Below, piece by piece: positions 48,170 to 57,667 of a stretch of DNA of 64,000 bases. Location of the stretch: contig JBPOGF010000001.1 in the NCBI GenBank assembly GCA_051251915.1, positions 224,001 to 288,000 on the forward strand, written 5' to 3'. Under the pieces are notes generated by a model. That model saw nothing but the letters and a program-made list of their open reading frames with translations. It was not told the DNA's origin and did not search any database. Origin of the DNA: Akkermansiaceae bacterium. GTDB taxonomy: Bacteria > Verrucomicrobiota > Verrucomicrobiia > Verrucomicrobiales > Akkermansiaceae. The stretch's first letter is position 1. Each line of letters opens with the position of its first letter. The position numbers and the translations under genes are program-made.

Positions 48170-49138
48170 ATGAGTATGAAACCCTTAGAGTTTGAAAAGC
48201 CGATCGCTGATCTTGAGAGTGAGATCATAAAGCTGAAGAACCAGTCAGATACGCAAGACATCGATCTCAGTTCTGAGATTGTTTCGATGGAAAAAAAACT
48301 CACTAACTTGAAGAGTGAGATCTATGATAATCTCACGCCGTGGCAACGAGTCCAGATCGCGAGGCATCCGAATCGTCCATTCATGCTAGATTACTTGGCT
48401 TATGGGTTTACGGATTTTGTGGAACTTCATGGGGATCGTCACATTGGGGATGACCATGCTATGCCGGGTGGGTTCGCTAGGATTGGAGGTGAAAAGGTGG
48501 TAGTTATCGGTCATCAGAAAGGACGTGATACAAAGGAAAATTTGTTGAGGAATTTTGGAAGTGCGCATCCTGAGGGATATAGAAAAGCGCTTAGACTCAT
48601 GAAGCTAGCCGAGAGGTTCAAGTTGCCTGTGGTTTGTATGATAGATACTCCGGGAGCTTTTCCAGGGATTGGTGCTGAGGAAAGAAATATCGCAGAAGCT
48701 ATCGCTTTTAATCTTAAAGAAATGATGAATCTCAAGACTCCGATCATTGCTTGTGTATTAGGTGAAGGTGGATCTGGTGGTGCGCTAGGTATAGGGGTGG
48801 CAGACCGAGTGATGATGATGGAGAATGCTTATTATTCGGTGATTAGTCCTGAGGGCTGTGCTGCTATTTTATGGAAGCACAGACAGCACGCACCAGAGGC
48901 AGCTCAGGCAATGAAGATAGCGGCGCCAGATCTAGGTGGGCTTAATCTCATTGATAAGGTAATAGTAGAGCCTAGAGGTGGAGCGCATCATGATCACGCT
49001 AAGACGGCGACCAATTTCCGTGATGCTGTGCTTGCGCAGATCAAGGAGGTTCAAGCACTTTCAACTGAGGAAATGTTAGATCAGCGTTATCAAAAATTCA
49101 GAAAGTATGGTGAGTGGAATGGTGATGCGATTGCTTAG
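48170..49138 (+). CDS. accA: Acetyl-CoA carboxylase carboxyltransferase alpha
   Basis: LEFEKPI, ARHPNRP, ELHGDR, GEGGSGGAL, YSVISPEGCA; start ATG 48170 or 48176. Confidence 0.97.
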   Translation: MSMKPLEFEKPIADLESEIIKLKNQSDTQDIDLSSEIVSMEKKLTNLKSEIYDNLTPWQRVQIARHPNRPFMLDYLAYGFTDFVELHGDRHIGDDHAMPGGFARIGGEKVVVIGHQKGRDTKENLLRNFGSAHPEGYRKALRLMKLAERFKLPVVCMIDTPGAFPGIGAEERNIAEAIAFNLKEMMNLKTPIIACVLGEGGSGGALGIGVADRVMMMENAYYSVISPEGCAAILWKHRQHAPEAAQAMKIAAPDLGGLNLIDKVIVEPRGGAHHDHAKTATNFRDAVLAQIKEVQALSTEEMLDQRYQKFRKYGEWNGDAIA

Positions 49139-49186
49139 TATAGCTAGGAGGTAATCAGATTAGATTTTCAAAATGGAAGGATGGAG

Positions 49187-49573
49187 TTACTCTCTGTTCT
49201 TCCATTTTTGTTTGAGGAGCTCGATGGCTTTGTCTTTTGCTTTTTGTTTTAGGTCACTGGAGGCTTCGATGTGGATGGTGGTGGAGGTTTGTGACGTGTT
49301 TTCTGTGGGTTGAGGTGTTGGGACTTGAGGAGTGGATGTGCTGGAGCAGCCGGTGAGTTTTAATGTGAGGTAGATGGCGCCGATGATGAGTGTGAGTAGG
49401 GCTAGGGAGCTGCTGATGATTTCGATGCGCTGGAGCGTAGATTTGTTCCATTTTTCTTTTAAGGAAGCTCGGCGGCTGGGTATGAGGAGGGCGACTGCTA
49501 GTTCGATGAGTAGTAGTGTTACTTCTAGAATGAAGGATATGATGGATCCGATGAGTTCTGCAATGGCTTCCAT
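49187..49573 (-). CDS. Hypothetical membrane protein
   Basis: Two hydrophobic segments; downstream of mutS. Confidence 0.55.
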   Translation of the reverse strand: MEAIAELIGSIISFILEVTLLLIELAVALLIPSRRASLKEKWNKSTLQRIEIISSSLALLTLIIGAIYLTLKLTGCSSTSTPQVPTPQPTENTSQTSTTIHIEASSDLKQKAKDKAIELLKQKWKNRE

Positions 49574-49589
49574 GGTTAGGGGGGAGAGT

Positions 49590-52094
49590 TTAGAATAGAT
49601 CCATTTGTGGTGAGTCCGCGTCTGGCATAGTTTGGCGGGTGTTTTTTGGTTTGGGGTTCTTTTTGGCGTCTGGTTTGGAGGAGTTCATTTCTAGGTGTGA
49701 GAGGATGTCTTTGGCGCGGTTGACGATGCTGGGTGGGAGACCGGCGAGCTTGGCGACTTGGATGCCGTAGGATTTGTCTGCGGTTCCGGGGAGGATTTTT
49801 CTGAGGAAGATGATGTCGTCATTCCATTCGCGGACGGCGACGTTGTAGTTGGCAACTGCTTGGCGGGTGTTGGCGAGGTCTGTGAGCTCGTGGTAGTGGG
49901 TGGCGAAGAGGGTGCGGGCTTTGATTTCATCGTGTAGGTGTTCTGCTACTGACCATGCGATGGAGAGGCCGTCGAATGTGGCGGTACCTCTACCTATTTC
50001 GTCTAAGATGACGAGTGAGCGTTCGGTGGCGTTGTTGATGATGAGTGATGTTTCATTCATTTCTACCATGAAGGTGGATTGTCCTTTTGCGAGGTCATCG
50101 CTGGCTCCTACGCGGCAGAAGATACGGTCTGTGAGGCCGATGTGTGCGGACTCAGCGGGGACGTAGGCGCCGATTTGAGCCATGAGGGTGATGAGTGCGA
50201 TTTGGCGGATGTAGGTGGATTTACCTGCCATGTTTGGGCCGGTGAGGATGAGGAGGTTTGAGTCTGTGGGGTTTAGTAGGGTGTCGTTTGGGACGAATTT
50301 TTCATCTACTAGGGTTTGTTCTAGGACGGGGTGTCTGCCTTCTATGATTTGTAGTTGGGTGGACTCGTCTAGGACCGGGCGGGTGTGGTTGTGGAGTTGT
50401 GCGGTTTCTGCGAGGCCGAGCAGGACGTCTAGTGTGGCGAGGGCGTCGGCGGTGGACTGGAGGTCATCGATGTGTTGGCAGATCTGGTTGCGGAGTTTGG
50501 TAAATTCTTCTGTTTCGAGTTGTTTGGAGCGTTCTTCTGCGCCTAGGACTTTGTTTTCTACTTGTTTGAGTTCTGGGGTGATGAAGCGCTCGGCGTTTGC
50601 CATGGTTTGCTTGCGGGTGTAGTCTTCTGGGACGTTGTCTGCTTTTGCTTTGGTGATTTCTATGAAGTATCCGAAGACGTTGTTGAATTTGATTTTGAGG
50701 GTGTCGATTCCGGTGCGTTTGCGTTCTGTTTCTTGGAGTTCTGCGATCCATTTTTTGCCGTCTTTGGTGGCGGATCTTAGTTCGTCTAGTTCTGGGTGGT
50801 AGCCGTCACGGATGACTCCGCCGTCTTTGAGGTTTGCTGGTGGTTCATCGACTAGTGCGGATTCTAGGAGGTCTACGAGTTCTGGGAATTCTTCGATTTG
50901 CTGTAGGAGCTGTGCGGCGAGTGGGGTGGATGCGGCTACGGCTGCTAGGTCTTGTTTGAGGGTGGGGATGTTTGATAGGGAATTTCCTAGTGATTGGAGG
51001 TCTCTGGGGGTGCCTGCGCGTTGGGAGAGTCTACCGGTGGTGCGCTCGATGTCGCGGATTTTTTTGAGTGTGGATCGGCACTGGGAGAGTAGGTAGGGCT
51101 GAGCTAGGAATGCGGCTAAGAGGTCTTGGCGGGCTAATAGGGGTGCTAGGTCGCGGAGTGGGTGGAGGATCCAGTCGCGGAGTTTTCTGGCTCCCATGGG
51201 GGTGGATGTTCTGTCTAGTGCGCCTAGGAGGGTGTGTTGCTTGCCGGTGCGGGATTCTACTAGGTCTAGGTTGCCTTGTGATGAGGCGTCGATAAGGACG
51301 TAGTTGGCGGATTCTCTGACGGAGAGTTTTCTGAGGTGGTCACAGGATCTGCGTAGTTGGTGAGTGAGGTAGTGTAGGATGGCTCCTGCGGCGGAGGTGG
51401 CGGTGTGCATGGTGGCGCAGCCGAATCCTTCTAGGGAGTTTACTTTGAAGTGGTCTTTGAGGGTGTGGAGGGCGGTCTCGTGGAGGTAGGCGTAGGCGTC
51501 GTATGGCTGGCAGGATGCGATGTCTCCTAGTTCTTGGAGTTGGTCGTCTGAGATGATGATTTCTGAGGGGGAGAGGCGCTTGATCTCATCTGTCATGAGG
51601 GCTTTGTTGGTGAATTCTGCTAGGGTGAATTCTCCTGTGGTGTGGTCTGCGCAGGCGATGGCGTAGGAGGGTTTCTTTTTGGTGCCGCCGAGGAAGACTG
51701 AGGCTAGATAGTTGTGCTTGGTGTCGTCTAGGAGGTTGATGTCATTTACGGTGCCTGCGGAGATGATCTGGGTGACTTCTCGCTCTACGAGCTGGCCGGC
51801 AACTGGGGTGGTGGTTTGCTCGGCTATGGCTACGCGTGTGTTTGCGCGGACTAGCTTAGCGATGTAGCCTTCTGCGGAGTGGTAGGGGAAGCCGCACATG
51901 GGGATGTCATGGCGTTTGGTGAGTGCTAGGTTTAGGACGCCGGCTGCGCGCTTGGCGTCCTCGAAGAACATTTCGTAGAAGTCACCTAGTCTGAAAAACA
52001 GGACCACGTCATCTGGTAGGGATCTCCGTATCGTTTGATACTGAGCCATCATAGGGGTAAGTTTTTTTGATTTTGGTGATTTCTTAGTAGCCAT
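49590..52094 (-). CDS. mutS: DNA mismatch repair protein MutS
   Basis: TPMMAQY, FRLGDFYEMF, TGPNMAGKST, STFMVEM, DEIGRGT, FATHYHEL; probable start ATG 52094. Confidence 0.98.
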   Translation of the reverse strand: MATKKSPKSKKLTPMMAQYQTIRRSLPDDVVLFFRLGDFYEMFFEDAKRAAGVLNLALTKRHDIPMCGFPYHSAEGYIAKLVRANTRVAIAEQTTTPVAGQLVEREVTQIISAGTVNDINLLDDTKHNYLASVFLGGTKKKPSYAIACADHTTGEFTLAEFTNKALMTDEIKRLSPSEIIISDDQLQELGDIASCQPYDAYAYLHETALHTLKDHFKVNSLEGFGCATMHTATSAAGAILHYLTHQLRRSCDHLRKLSVRESANYVLIDASSQGNLDLVESRTGKQHTLLGALDRTSTPMGARKLRDWILHPLRDLAPLLARQDLLAAFLAQPYLLSQCRSTLKKIRDIERTTGRLSQRAGTPRDLQSLGNSLSNIPTLKQDLAAVAASTPLAAQLLQQIEEFPELVDLLESALVDEPPANLKDGGVIRDGYHPELDELRSATKDGKKWIAELQETERKRTGIDTLKIKFNNVFGYFIEITKAKADNVPEDYTRKQTMANAERFITPELKQVENKVLGAEERSKQLETEEFTKLRNQICQHIDDLQSTADALATLDVLLGLAETAQLHNHTRPVLDESTQLQIIEGRHPVLEQTLVDEKFVPNDTLLNPTDSNLLILTGPNMAGKSTYIRQIALITLMAQIGAYVPAESAHIGLTDRIFCRVGASDDLAKGQSTFMVEMNETSLIINNATERSLVILDEIGRGTATFDGLSIAWSVAEHLHDEIKARTLFATHYHELTDLANTRQAVANYNVAVREWNDDIIFLRKILPGTADKSYGIQVAKLAGLPPSIVNRAKDILSHLEMNSSKPDAKKNPKPKNTRQTMPDADSPQMDLF

Positions 52095-52183
52095 CTGTTT
52101 CAAGGTTTTAGACGCTGATGGGCTATGAGGGAAGTGTGGAATGGGGAAATTTTTCACGATATATTTTATGGTCGTAAATTAGT

Positions 52184-53611
52184 ATGACTAGGTTAGAAAT
52201 GGTTATGTTTGCAAAGTTCATGATGATCATTCTAAGTGTTGGGGTTACGGCCTGTAGTCTTCCTCCGGATACTTTGTTATGGAATGATAGGACGAAGTCA
52301 AAGTCTGTGGGAATGTCTACTGAGGCTTTTACTAAGGTGGTGGTGCTGGGGAATCTGACTACGCTGGTGAGGAATCCGGTGACGAGTAATAAGAAGCGGT
52401 TCTGGATGTGGAAGAAGCGTTCTGAGATAGTGGCTGGGGATGTGACTGTGTTTACTGCTGTAGATGATGGATACCGTGCTGAGCATGGAATTGAAGATAT
52501 GCTGGATAAGATGAAGTTGCCTCAGCGGGTTGGTGGGACTGTTGATTATTTGATTGATGGGGAGGCTTTTTTTGGTGCGTTGCAGGATTCTGTGAATGCT
52601 GCTGAGCGGAGGATAGATACGCGGGTGTTTATTTATGATAATGATGATTTGGCGGTGGCGTATTCTGATCATTTGAAGAGGCGGAGTAAGGAGGTGCGGT
52701 GTAGGGTGCTGATGGATGAGTTGGGGTCTCTTACTAGCTGGTGGGGGGAGCCGGAGAGTGAGATGCTGGAGGGGTTTCAGCCGCCGAGTTCTATGCCGCA
52801 TTATTTAGAGCGGGATAGTAAGGTAAGTGCTAGGCTTTCGAAGAATCCGGGGTTGGTGACTGATCATACGAAGTTGTTTATTTTTGATGAGAAGGAGGCT
52901 TATCTTGGGGGGATGAATGTAGGGAGGGAGTATCGGATAGATTGGCACGATATGATGGTGCGAGTGAAGGGGCCGGTGGTGAGCATTCTACAGAATGAGT
53001 TTAATAAGGCGTGGCGGTTGCAGGGGAGGACTGGTGACTGGACGTTTCCGATTAAGTTGGCTAAGCGTTATCGTAAGACGATTAATGAGGGGGAGTTGGG
53101 GATTAGGGTTTTGAAGACTTCACCGGGTAAGGTAGAGATTGAGAAGGCTGTTATTGGTGCGATACGGATGGCGAAGGAGCGGGTATATATCCAGAACTCG
53201 TATTTCACTTCAAATTCTCTTGAGGCGGAGCTTATTGCAGCGTTGGAGCGTGGTGTGGAGGTGAAGTTGGTATTTCCGTATGAGAATGATTCTAAGTTAT
53301 TGGCGAAGAGTAATGAGCATTTTGCGCATAGTTTATTGGGTGCTGGGGCGAAGGTTTATTCATACCCTGGGTTTACTCATGTGAAGGCGCTTGTGGTGGA
53401 TGATTGGGTTTGTGTGGGGTCCGCTAATTTTGATGCGCTGAGTATGCGGATTAATGAGGAGATTAACATTGCTTTTAGTGATGAGGAATACTCACAAAAG
53501 TTAGTTAACGAGCTATTTGAGAAAGATATTAGGGCGTCTACTCGCTTGTATGATATAGAGGTTTCATCGGCTGAGAAGGCTTTGTTGAAGCCTATTGTGG
53601 ATCAGTTATAG
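52184..53611 (+). CDS. Phospholipase D / cardiolipin synthase-like lipoprotein
   Basis: Two HxKxxxxD motifs (HTKLFIFD, HVKALVVD), GGMN, GSANFD; VTAC lipobox. Confidence 0.88.
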   Translation: MTRLEMVMFAKFMMIILSVGVTACSLPPDTLLWNDRTKSKSVGMSTEAFTKVVVLGNLTTLVRNPVTSNKKRFWMWKKRSEIVAGDVTVFTAVDDGYRAEHGIEDMLDKMKLPQRVGGTVDYLIDGEAFFGALQDSVNAAERRIDTRVFIYDNDDLAVAYSDHLKRRSKEVRCRVLMDELGSLTSWWGEPESEMLEGFQPPSSMPHYLERDSKVSARLSKNPGLVTDHTKLFIFDEKEAYLGGMNVGREYRIDWHDMMVRVKGPVVSILQNEFNKAWRLQGRTGDWTFPIKLAKRYRKTINEGELGIRVLKTSPGKVEIEKAVIGAIRMAKERVYIQNSYFTSNSLEAELIAALERGVEVKLVFPYENDSKLLAKSNEHFAHSLLGAGAKVYSYPGFTHVKALVVDDWVCVGSANFDALSMRINEEINIAFSDEEYSQKLVNELFEKDIRASTRLYDIEVSSAEKALLKPIVDQL

Positions 53612-53792
53612 GGGAGATTTGGGATTTTTAGTGGGTTGATTGTTGTTTGGTATGGTGGGTAGTTTATGGGGATAGGGGCGTTTTTGTGAACGAATATAAC
53701 TTATTGTCGATATGGTGATATTTTGTTTTGACATGATTCTTTTTCTGGGTGAGTATATCTTTATTGCTAATTAGCTATATTTAAAATTTATT

Positions 53793-54365
53793 ATGAACAA
53801 TCGATCAATTATTTACTGTGAGGAACTGAAGGATTTATTATCTGGCACTGGAGGGGAGTGTGTCTTGGTGGATGTGCGTGAGCCTGTGGAGCATGCGGAG
53901 ATGCATATTGAGGGTGCGAAGTTGATTCCTCTTGGTCAGCTGGAAAGCAGGAGGGGGGAGATAAAGGATGATTCAACTATCGTGGTGATGTGCAGGGGTG
54001 GGAAGCGTGGTATGGAGGCGCTGAATAAATTGGAGGCTATGGGATTTGGTGATGTGCGGAATCTTGAGGGTGGGATTATGGCGTGGAACTCGGCTGGGTA
54101 TGCTGTTAATCAAGGTGAGAAGAAGGTTTTTCCTTTGATGCAGCAGGTTCAGATTACGATAGGGGTGGGTGTGCTGCTGGGGGTGATACTTTCTATGACG
54201 GTTCATCCGAGTTTTATTTATCTTAGTGCCTTCTTTGGTGCAGGGTTGCTCTTTGCTGAGATTTCTGGATGGTGTGGTTTGGCTATTTTGCTGTCTAAGA
54301 TGCCGTGGAATCGGGTGGATGGTGCGTCATGTGGTTCTGGTAAGAGTTGTTCATTGCAAAACTAG
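53793..54365 (+). CDS. Rhodanese + DUF2892 membrane sulfurtransferase (YgaP-like)
   Basis: VDVREPVE, CRGGKR, LEGGIMAW; QVQITIG...GWCGLAILLSKMPWN. Confidence 0.9.
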   Translation: MNNRSIIYCEELKDLLSGTGGECVLVDVREPVEHAEMHIEGAKLIPLGQLESRRGEIKDDSTIVVMCRGGKRGMEALNKLEAMGFGDVRNLEGGIMAWNSAGYAVNQGEKKVFPLMQQVQITIGVGVLLGVILSMTVHPSFIYLSAFFGAGLLFAEISGWCGLAILLSKMPWNRVDGASCGSGKSCSLQN

Positions 54366-54405
54366 GGTAGGTTGTCCGAATTGAAATTTTAACTAGACTG
54401 ATCTT

Positions 54406-55836
54406 ATGTTTCTTAAACAAATTACTGATTCATCATTGGCTCAAAATGCTTATTTGATTGGGTGTCAACGGACTGGTGAGGCTATTGTTGTGGACCCTGA
54501 GCGCGATGTGGATAGGTATTTAAAACTAGCTGTGGAGAACGACTTTAGAATCACGGCGGTTGCTGATACGCACATTCATGCGGATTATCTGAGTGGTGCG
54601 CGTGAGCTGATGGAGCACCATGATGCTGTGGGGTATTTTTCTGCTGAGGGGGGATCGGATTGGCAGTTTGAGTGGGCTAAGGGGTATGCGAAGTCGGTGT
54701 TTTTGAATGATGGTGATGTGATTAAGGTGGGTAATATAGAGCTGAAGGCTTTGTTGACTGCGGGGCATACGCCGGAGCATATGAGTTTTTTGGTTACTGA
54801 TATTGGAGGTGGGGCTACGGAGCCGATTGGTCTACTGAGTGGTGATTTTATTTTTGTGGGTGATGTGGGGCGTCCAGATCTGCTGGAGAGTGCTGCGGGG
54901 CAGATGGGTAATATGGAGCCAAGTGCGCGGACGCTTTATGGTAGTTTGGTGAGGACTTCTGCATTGTCGGGGCATATTCAGATTTTGCCTGCTCATGGGG
55001 CGGGGAGTGCGTGTGGTAAGGCTTTAGGTGCGGTGCCGTCGAGTGTGTTGGGGTATGAGCGTCTTAATAATGGTGCTCTGCGTGTGGCGCTGGAGGGGAG
55101 GCAGGATGAATTTGTGAAGGAGATTCTGTCTGGGCAGCCGGAGCCGCCGCATTATTTTGCGCGGATGAAGCGTGATAATAAGTTGGGACCTGCTTTGCTG
55201 GAAGGTGGGGAGATTCCTCGACCAAGACGTGTTGAGGCTGGTGAAATTAGTGGTTTGTTAGAAGGAGGGGATTTTACTTTTCTTGATCTACGTCATGATC
55301 GTGAGGAGTTCATGGGGAGGCATTTAAGGAGGTCTCTGTTTACACCGATGCCTGGGGGGAAGCTTTCTAGTGTGGCGGGGTCTTATGTGGATGATGACGC
55401 GTCGATCATTTTGCTGCTCAATGAGGCTAACGAGCTGGATGAGGCGGTGAGACAGCTTATTCGGATTGGTCTGGATAAGGTGGAAGGTTGGATTTTGGTG
55501 GGTGATGCGTTGGCGGTAGAGGGGGTTTCTAGGAGCCAGGAATCGATCACAGCGGCTGAGTTGGAGGGGGCTTTAGGTGCGAATCCAGAGGCTGTGGTTA
55601 TCGATGTGAGAGGAGCGGGTGAGTATGAAGAGAGTCATGTGGTGGGGGCTAAGAACATTGCTTACACACGATTAGCGGCTCGGTTGGATGAAGTTCCTAG
55701 GGATCAGAAAACCTATGTTCACTGTGGTAGTGGACAGCGTGCTAGTTTTGCGGTTTCTTTTCTAGCTAATGAGGTCGATGACCTTGTGTATGTGAATGGA
55801 TTCTTTGCAGATATAGCTGATCGACTTAAAGCCTGA
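54406..55836 (+). CDS. MBL-fold persulfide dioxygenase fused to rhodanese domains (CstB-like)
   Basis: THIHADYLSG, GHTPEH, GDVGRPDL, HGAGSACG; C-terminal HCGSGQRA. Confidence 0.9.
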   Translation: MFLKQITDSSLAQNAYLIGCQRTGEAIVVDPERDVDRYLKLAVENDFRITAVADTHIHADYLSGARELMEHHDAVGYFSAEGGSDWQFEWAKGYAKSVFLNDGDVIKVGNIELKALLTAGHTPEHMSFLVTDIGGGATEPIGLLSGDFIFVGDVGRPDLLESAAGQMGNMEPSARTLYGSLVRTSALSGHIQILPAHGAGSACGKALGAVPSSVLGYERLNNGALRVALEGRQDEFVKEILSGQPEPPHYFARMKRDNKLGPALLEGGEIPRPRRVEAGEISGLLEGGDFTFLDLRHDREEFMGRHLRRSLFTPMPGGKLSSVAGSYVDDDASIILLLNEANELDEAVRQLIRIGLDKVEGWILVGDALAVEGVSRSQESITAAELEGALGANPEAVVIDVRGAGEYEESHVVGAKNIAYTRLAARLDEVPRDQKTYVHCGSGQRASFAVSFLANEVDDLVYVNGFFADIADRLKA

Positions 55837-56058
55837 TGAATGTGATTGCTTTGCTGGGAGCCTGTTTGATAGGGGTTTACACTAGGGCTGAAGCGTGTGG
55901 GAGGGAGTATTCTTGCGCTTCCTGTGCTGGTTTAGCTGGGTTAGGGGGGGCTGCTTGGTGCTAGTTTTGCGAAGCATCTTTCGGTTTCCAGGCTGCGGCA
56001 GCGTTTCGCTGTTATGGTTATTGTTATTGGCACGTTCGTGCTTTGGAAAAGGCTTTAA
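55836..56058 (+). pseudogene. Internally deleted, frameshifted TauE/SafE sulfite exporter remnant
   Basis: MNVIALLGACLIGV / TLGLKRVGGSILALPVLV* (TauE N-terminus) joined to GLGGLLGASFAKHLSVSRLRQRFAVMVIVIGTFVLWKRL* (TauE C-terminus); ATG overlaps the upstream TGA. Confidence 0.8.
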
Positions 56059-56068
56059 GGTGAATTCT

Positions 56069-57268
56069 CTAATTGGCAAGGTTGAGTCGCTTTCCTGTGG
56101 CATCAATTACAGTTGATTTGATGAGGAGGTAGTGCTCTTTATTGGAGTTTGGGATGTTTACTTTTAGAACATGAGTAAGGTCATCCCTGGCTGTGAGATT
56201 AAAGTTTGCCTTGTGTTTCAAGATTTTGATAGGAGCGTCTTTATCTAGTGGCGCTTTACTATCTCCAGGTTTACAGAAATTCATGTTAGCGGTTTGGTGG
56301 TAATTGAGTTGATGATCAATTTCGATACTGAGACCTTTAATCGAGGCTTGGAATTGTAGCTTATGTCCTAGAAATGATTTAGGTTTTAGTGTTTCTCTTA
56401 TGATTTCAATGGTGGCTTGTTCGTTTGGACGAGTAACGATGCTTGGGAGTGATGCTGTTTCGGTTCCTTTAAGCTGTGCTGTGAATCTTAGTAGAATTTG
56501 TTTTTCGCCTTCTGTTAGAATTCCTTTTGCGAGGATATTCTTAATTTCTGGAGTCATGGTCAATGGGCTATAGCTGATGATTTTACTAAGAATCTTTATT
56601 TGAACGGGTGAAATAGAATTCACATTTTCGACGATTCGTTTTACTCGTTCTGCCGAATGAGCTGGACCTTGGATGATTAATGTGGCGGTTTGGCGCTTAT
56701 AGAACAATTGAAGTTTTTTGTCATCCACTAGGAGGTTTAGGTTTTTGATGCTTGTGATTTTGGTGCTTTGGGCTTCCTCGTTGATGAGATCTGGCGCGAC
56801 TTGGAGGTTTATCGTTACGGGAGCTTCGTCTTCTATGCTGGCTTGAGTCGAAATGATATAAGACTGATCTTTCACTTTCATCTCCATTCCGTGAATGGCG
56901 CAAAGTTGATTGAGTATTTCCTCGAAGTTACCCTGAAGCTTAACGGAGAATTTGGGGTGTTTAATGGGTTCAGGGTCTTCAAGTTTGATTAGCAGAGGCA
57001 GAGGGGTTTCTAAGGTTTCTTCACAGCTCACAAGGTATCTTTTCTTCAATAAAGCGATTGATGATTTAAAGTTCATACGCGCAAAATCAATTTCATCGAT
57101 TCTGAATTTTTTTAAATCATTGAACTCGTGAGTTTGTTTTATTGATGGCCTGGAAATATGAAGTGGCAATTGATCGGTTTTCTTCTCCTTAGTGGTTACT
57201 GCAGGTTTTGCAGAGCTTATAGGACTTAGGAGAAATAAGGGTGTTAGGCATGTGAGTAATACTTTCAT
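56069..57268 (-). CDS. Hypothetical secreted protein with secretin-like segments
   Basis: Signal peptide from MKVLL; IDEIDF, ATLIIQG, PSIVTRPNEQATIEIIRE resembles secretin/PulD motifs. Confidence 0.6.
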   Translation of the reverse strand: MKVLLTCLTPLFLLSPISSAKPAVTTKEKKTDQLPLHISRPSIKQTHEFNDLKKFRIDEIDFARMNFKSSIALLKKRYLVSCEETLETPLPLLIKLEDPEPIKHPKFSVKLQGNFEEILNQLCAIHGMEMKVKDQSYIISTQASIEDEAPVTINLQVAPDLINEEAQSTKITSIKNLNLLVDDKKLQLFYKRQTATLIIQGPAHSAERVKRIVENVNSISPVQIKILSKIISYSPLTMTPEIKNILAKGILTEGEKQILLRFTAQLKGTETASLPSIVTRPNEQATIEIIRETLKPKSFLGHKLQFQASIKGLSIEIDHQLNYHQTANMNFCKPGDSKAPLDKDAPIKILKHKANFNLTARDDLTHVLKVNIPNSNKEHYLLIKSTVIDATGKRLNLAN

Positions 57269-57468
57269 ATAATATATCATGCACACGAAATATTTATGGA
57301 GAACACATAATTTGTAGATTTGTAAAATTTAGAGCGGATTTTACAATGTTTATGTGCTGTTAGATCATCTTGTAACTTACAAGGAGTGAAATGTAAAAGA
57401 GTGCTAGATTATGTTTTGTTAGTAAAAGTATTGACAGGTGTGCTTGTTTTTATTTTTATCCCGTTCTC

Positions 57469-57540
57469 GTGAACTCTATTAAATCATTTACACATTGCGT
57501 CTATCGCTGGCTTCTGCCAAGCGGTTGCGGTGTTGTGTGA
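57469..57540 (+). CDS. Putative 23-aa attenuator leader peptide MNSIKSFTHCVYRWLLPSGCGVV
   Basis: GTG start just downstream of TTGACA (57431); 3' half is complementary both to itself and to the terminator 5' arm. Confidence 0.6.
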   Translation: MNSIKSFTHCVYRWLLPSGCGVV

Positions 57541-57611
57541 TTTTTAGTTAGTTCATTTATGGAATGAAAAACACGACCCGCTTCGAATCATCGAGATGCG
57601 GGTTTTTTGTT
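57491..57611 (+). promoter_or_regulatory. Transcription attenuator (alternative hairpins and intrinsic terminator) upstream of the EamA gene
   Basis: Terminator gacccgc-ttcga-atca-tcgag-at-gcgggtttttt (57575-57608); antiterminator gcggtgttgtgt..ttttt with aaaaacacgacccgc; anti-antiterminator acattgcg..cgctggc-ttct-gccaagcg..tgcggtgt. Confidence 0.75.
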
Positions 57612-57667
57612 ACCAGGGATCCTGATTTTTCGAAGTAGGTCATTTAATATATCAATAATGATGACCA

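Noticed and set aside
10031..54780. Numerous His/Pro/Arg-rich minus-strand and Ser/Met-rich plus-strand ORFs (e.g. 10031, 25612, 28157, 33096, 52298)
   Set aside because: All overlap well-supported genes on the opposite strand or another frame, and are expected from the strand codon bias
55895..56116. 73-74-aa ORFs on both strands
   Set aside because: Out-of-frame readings across the TauE remnant
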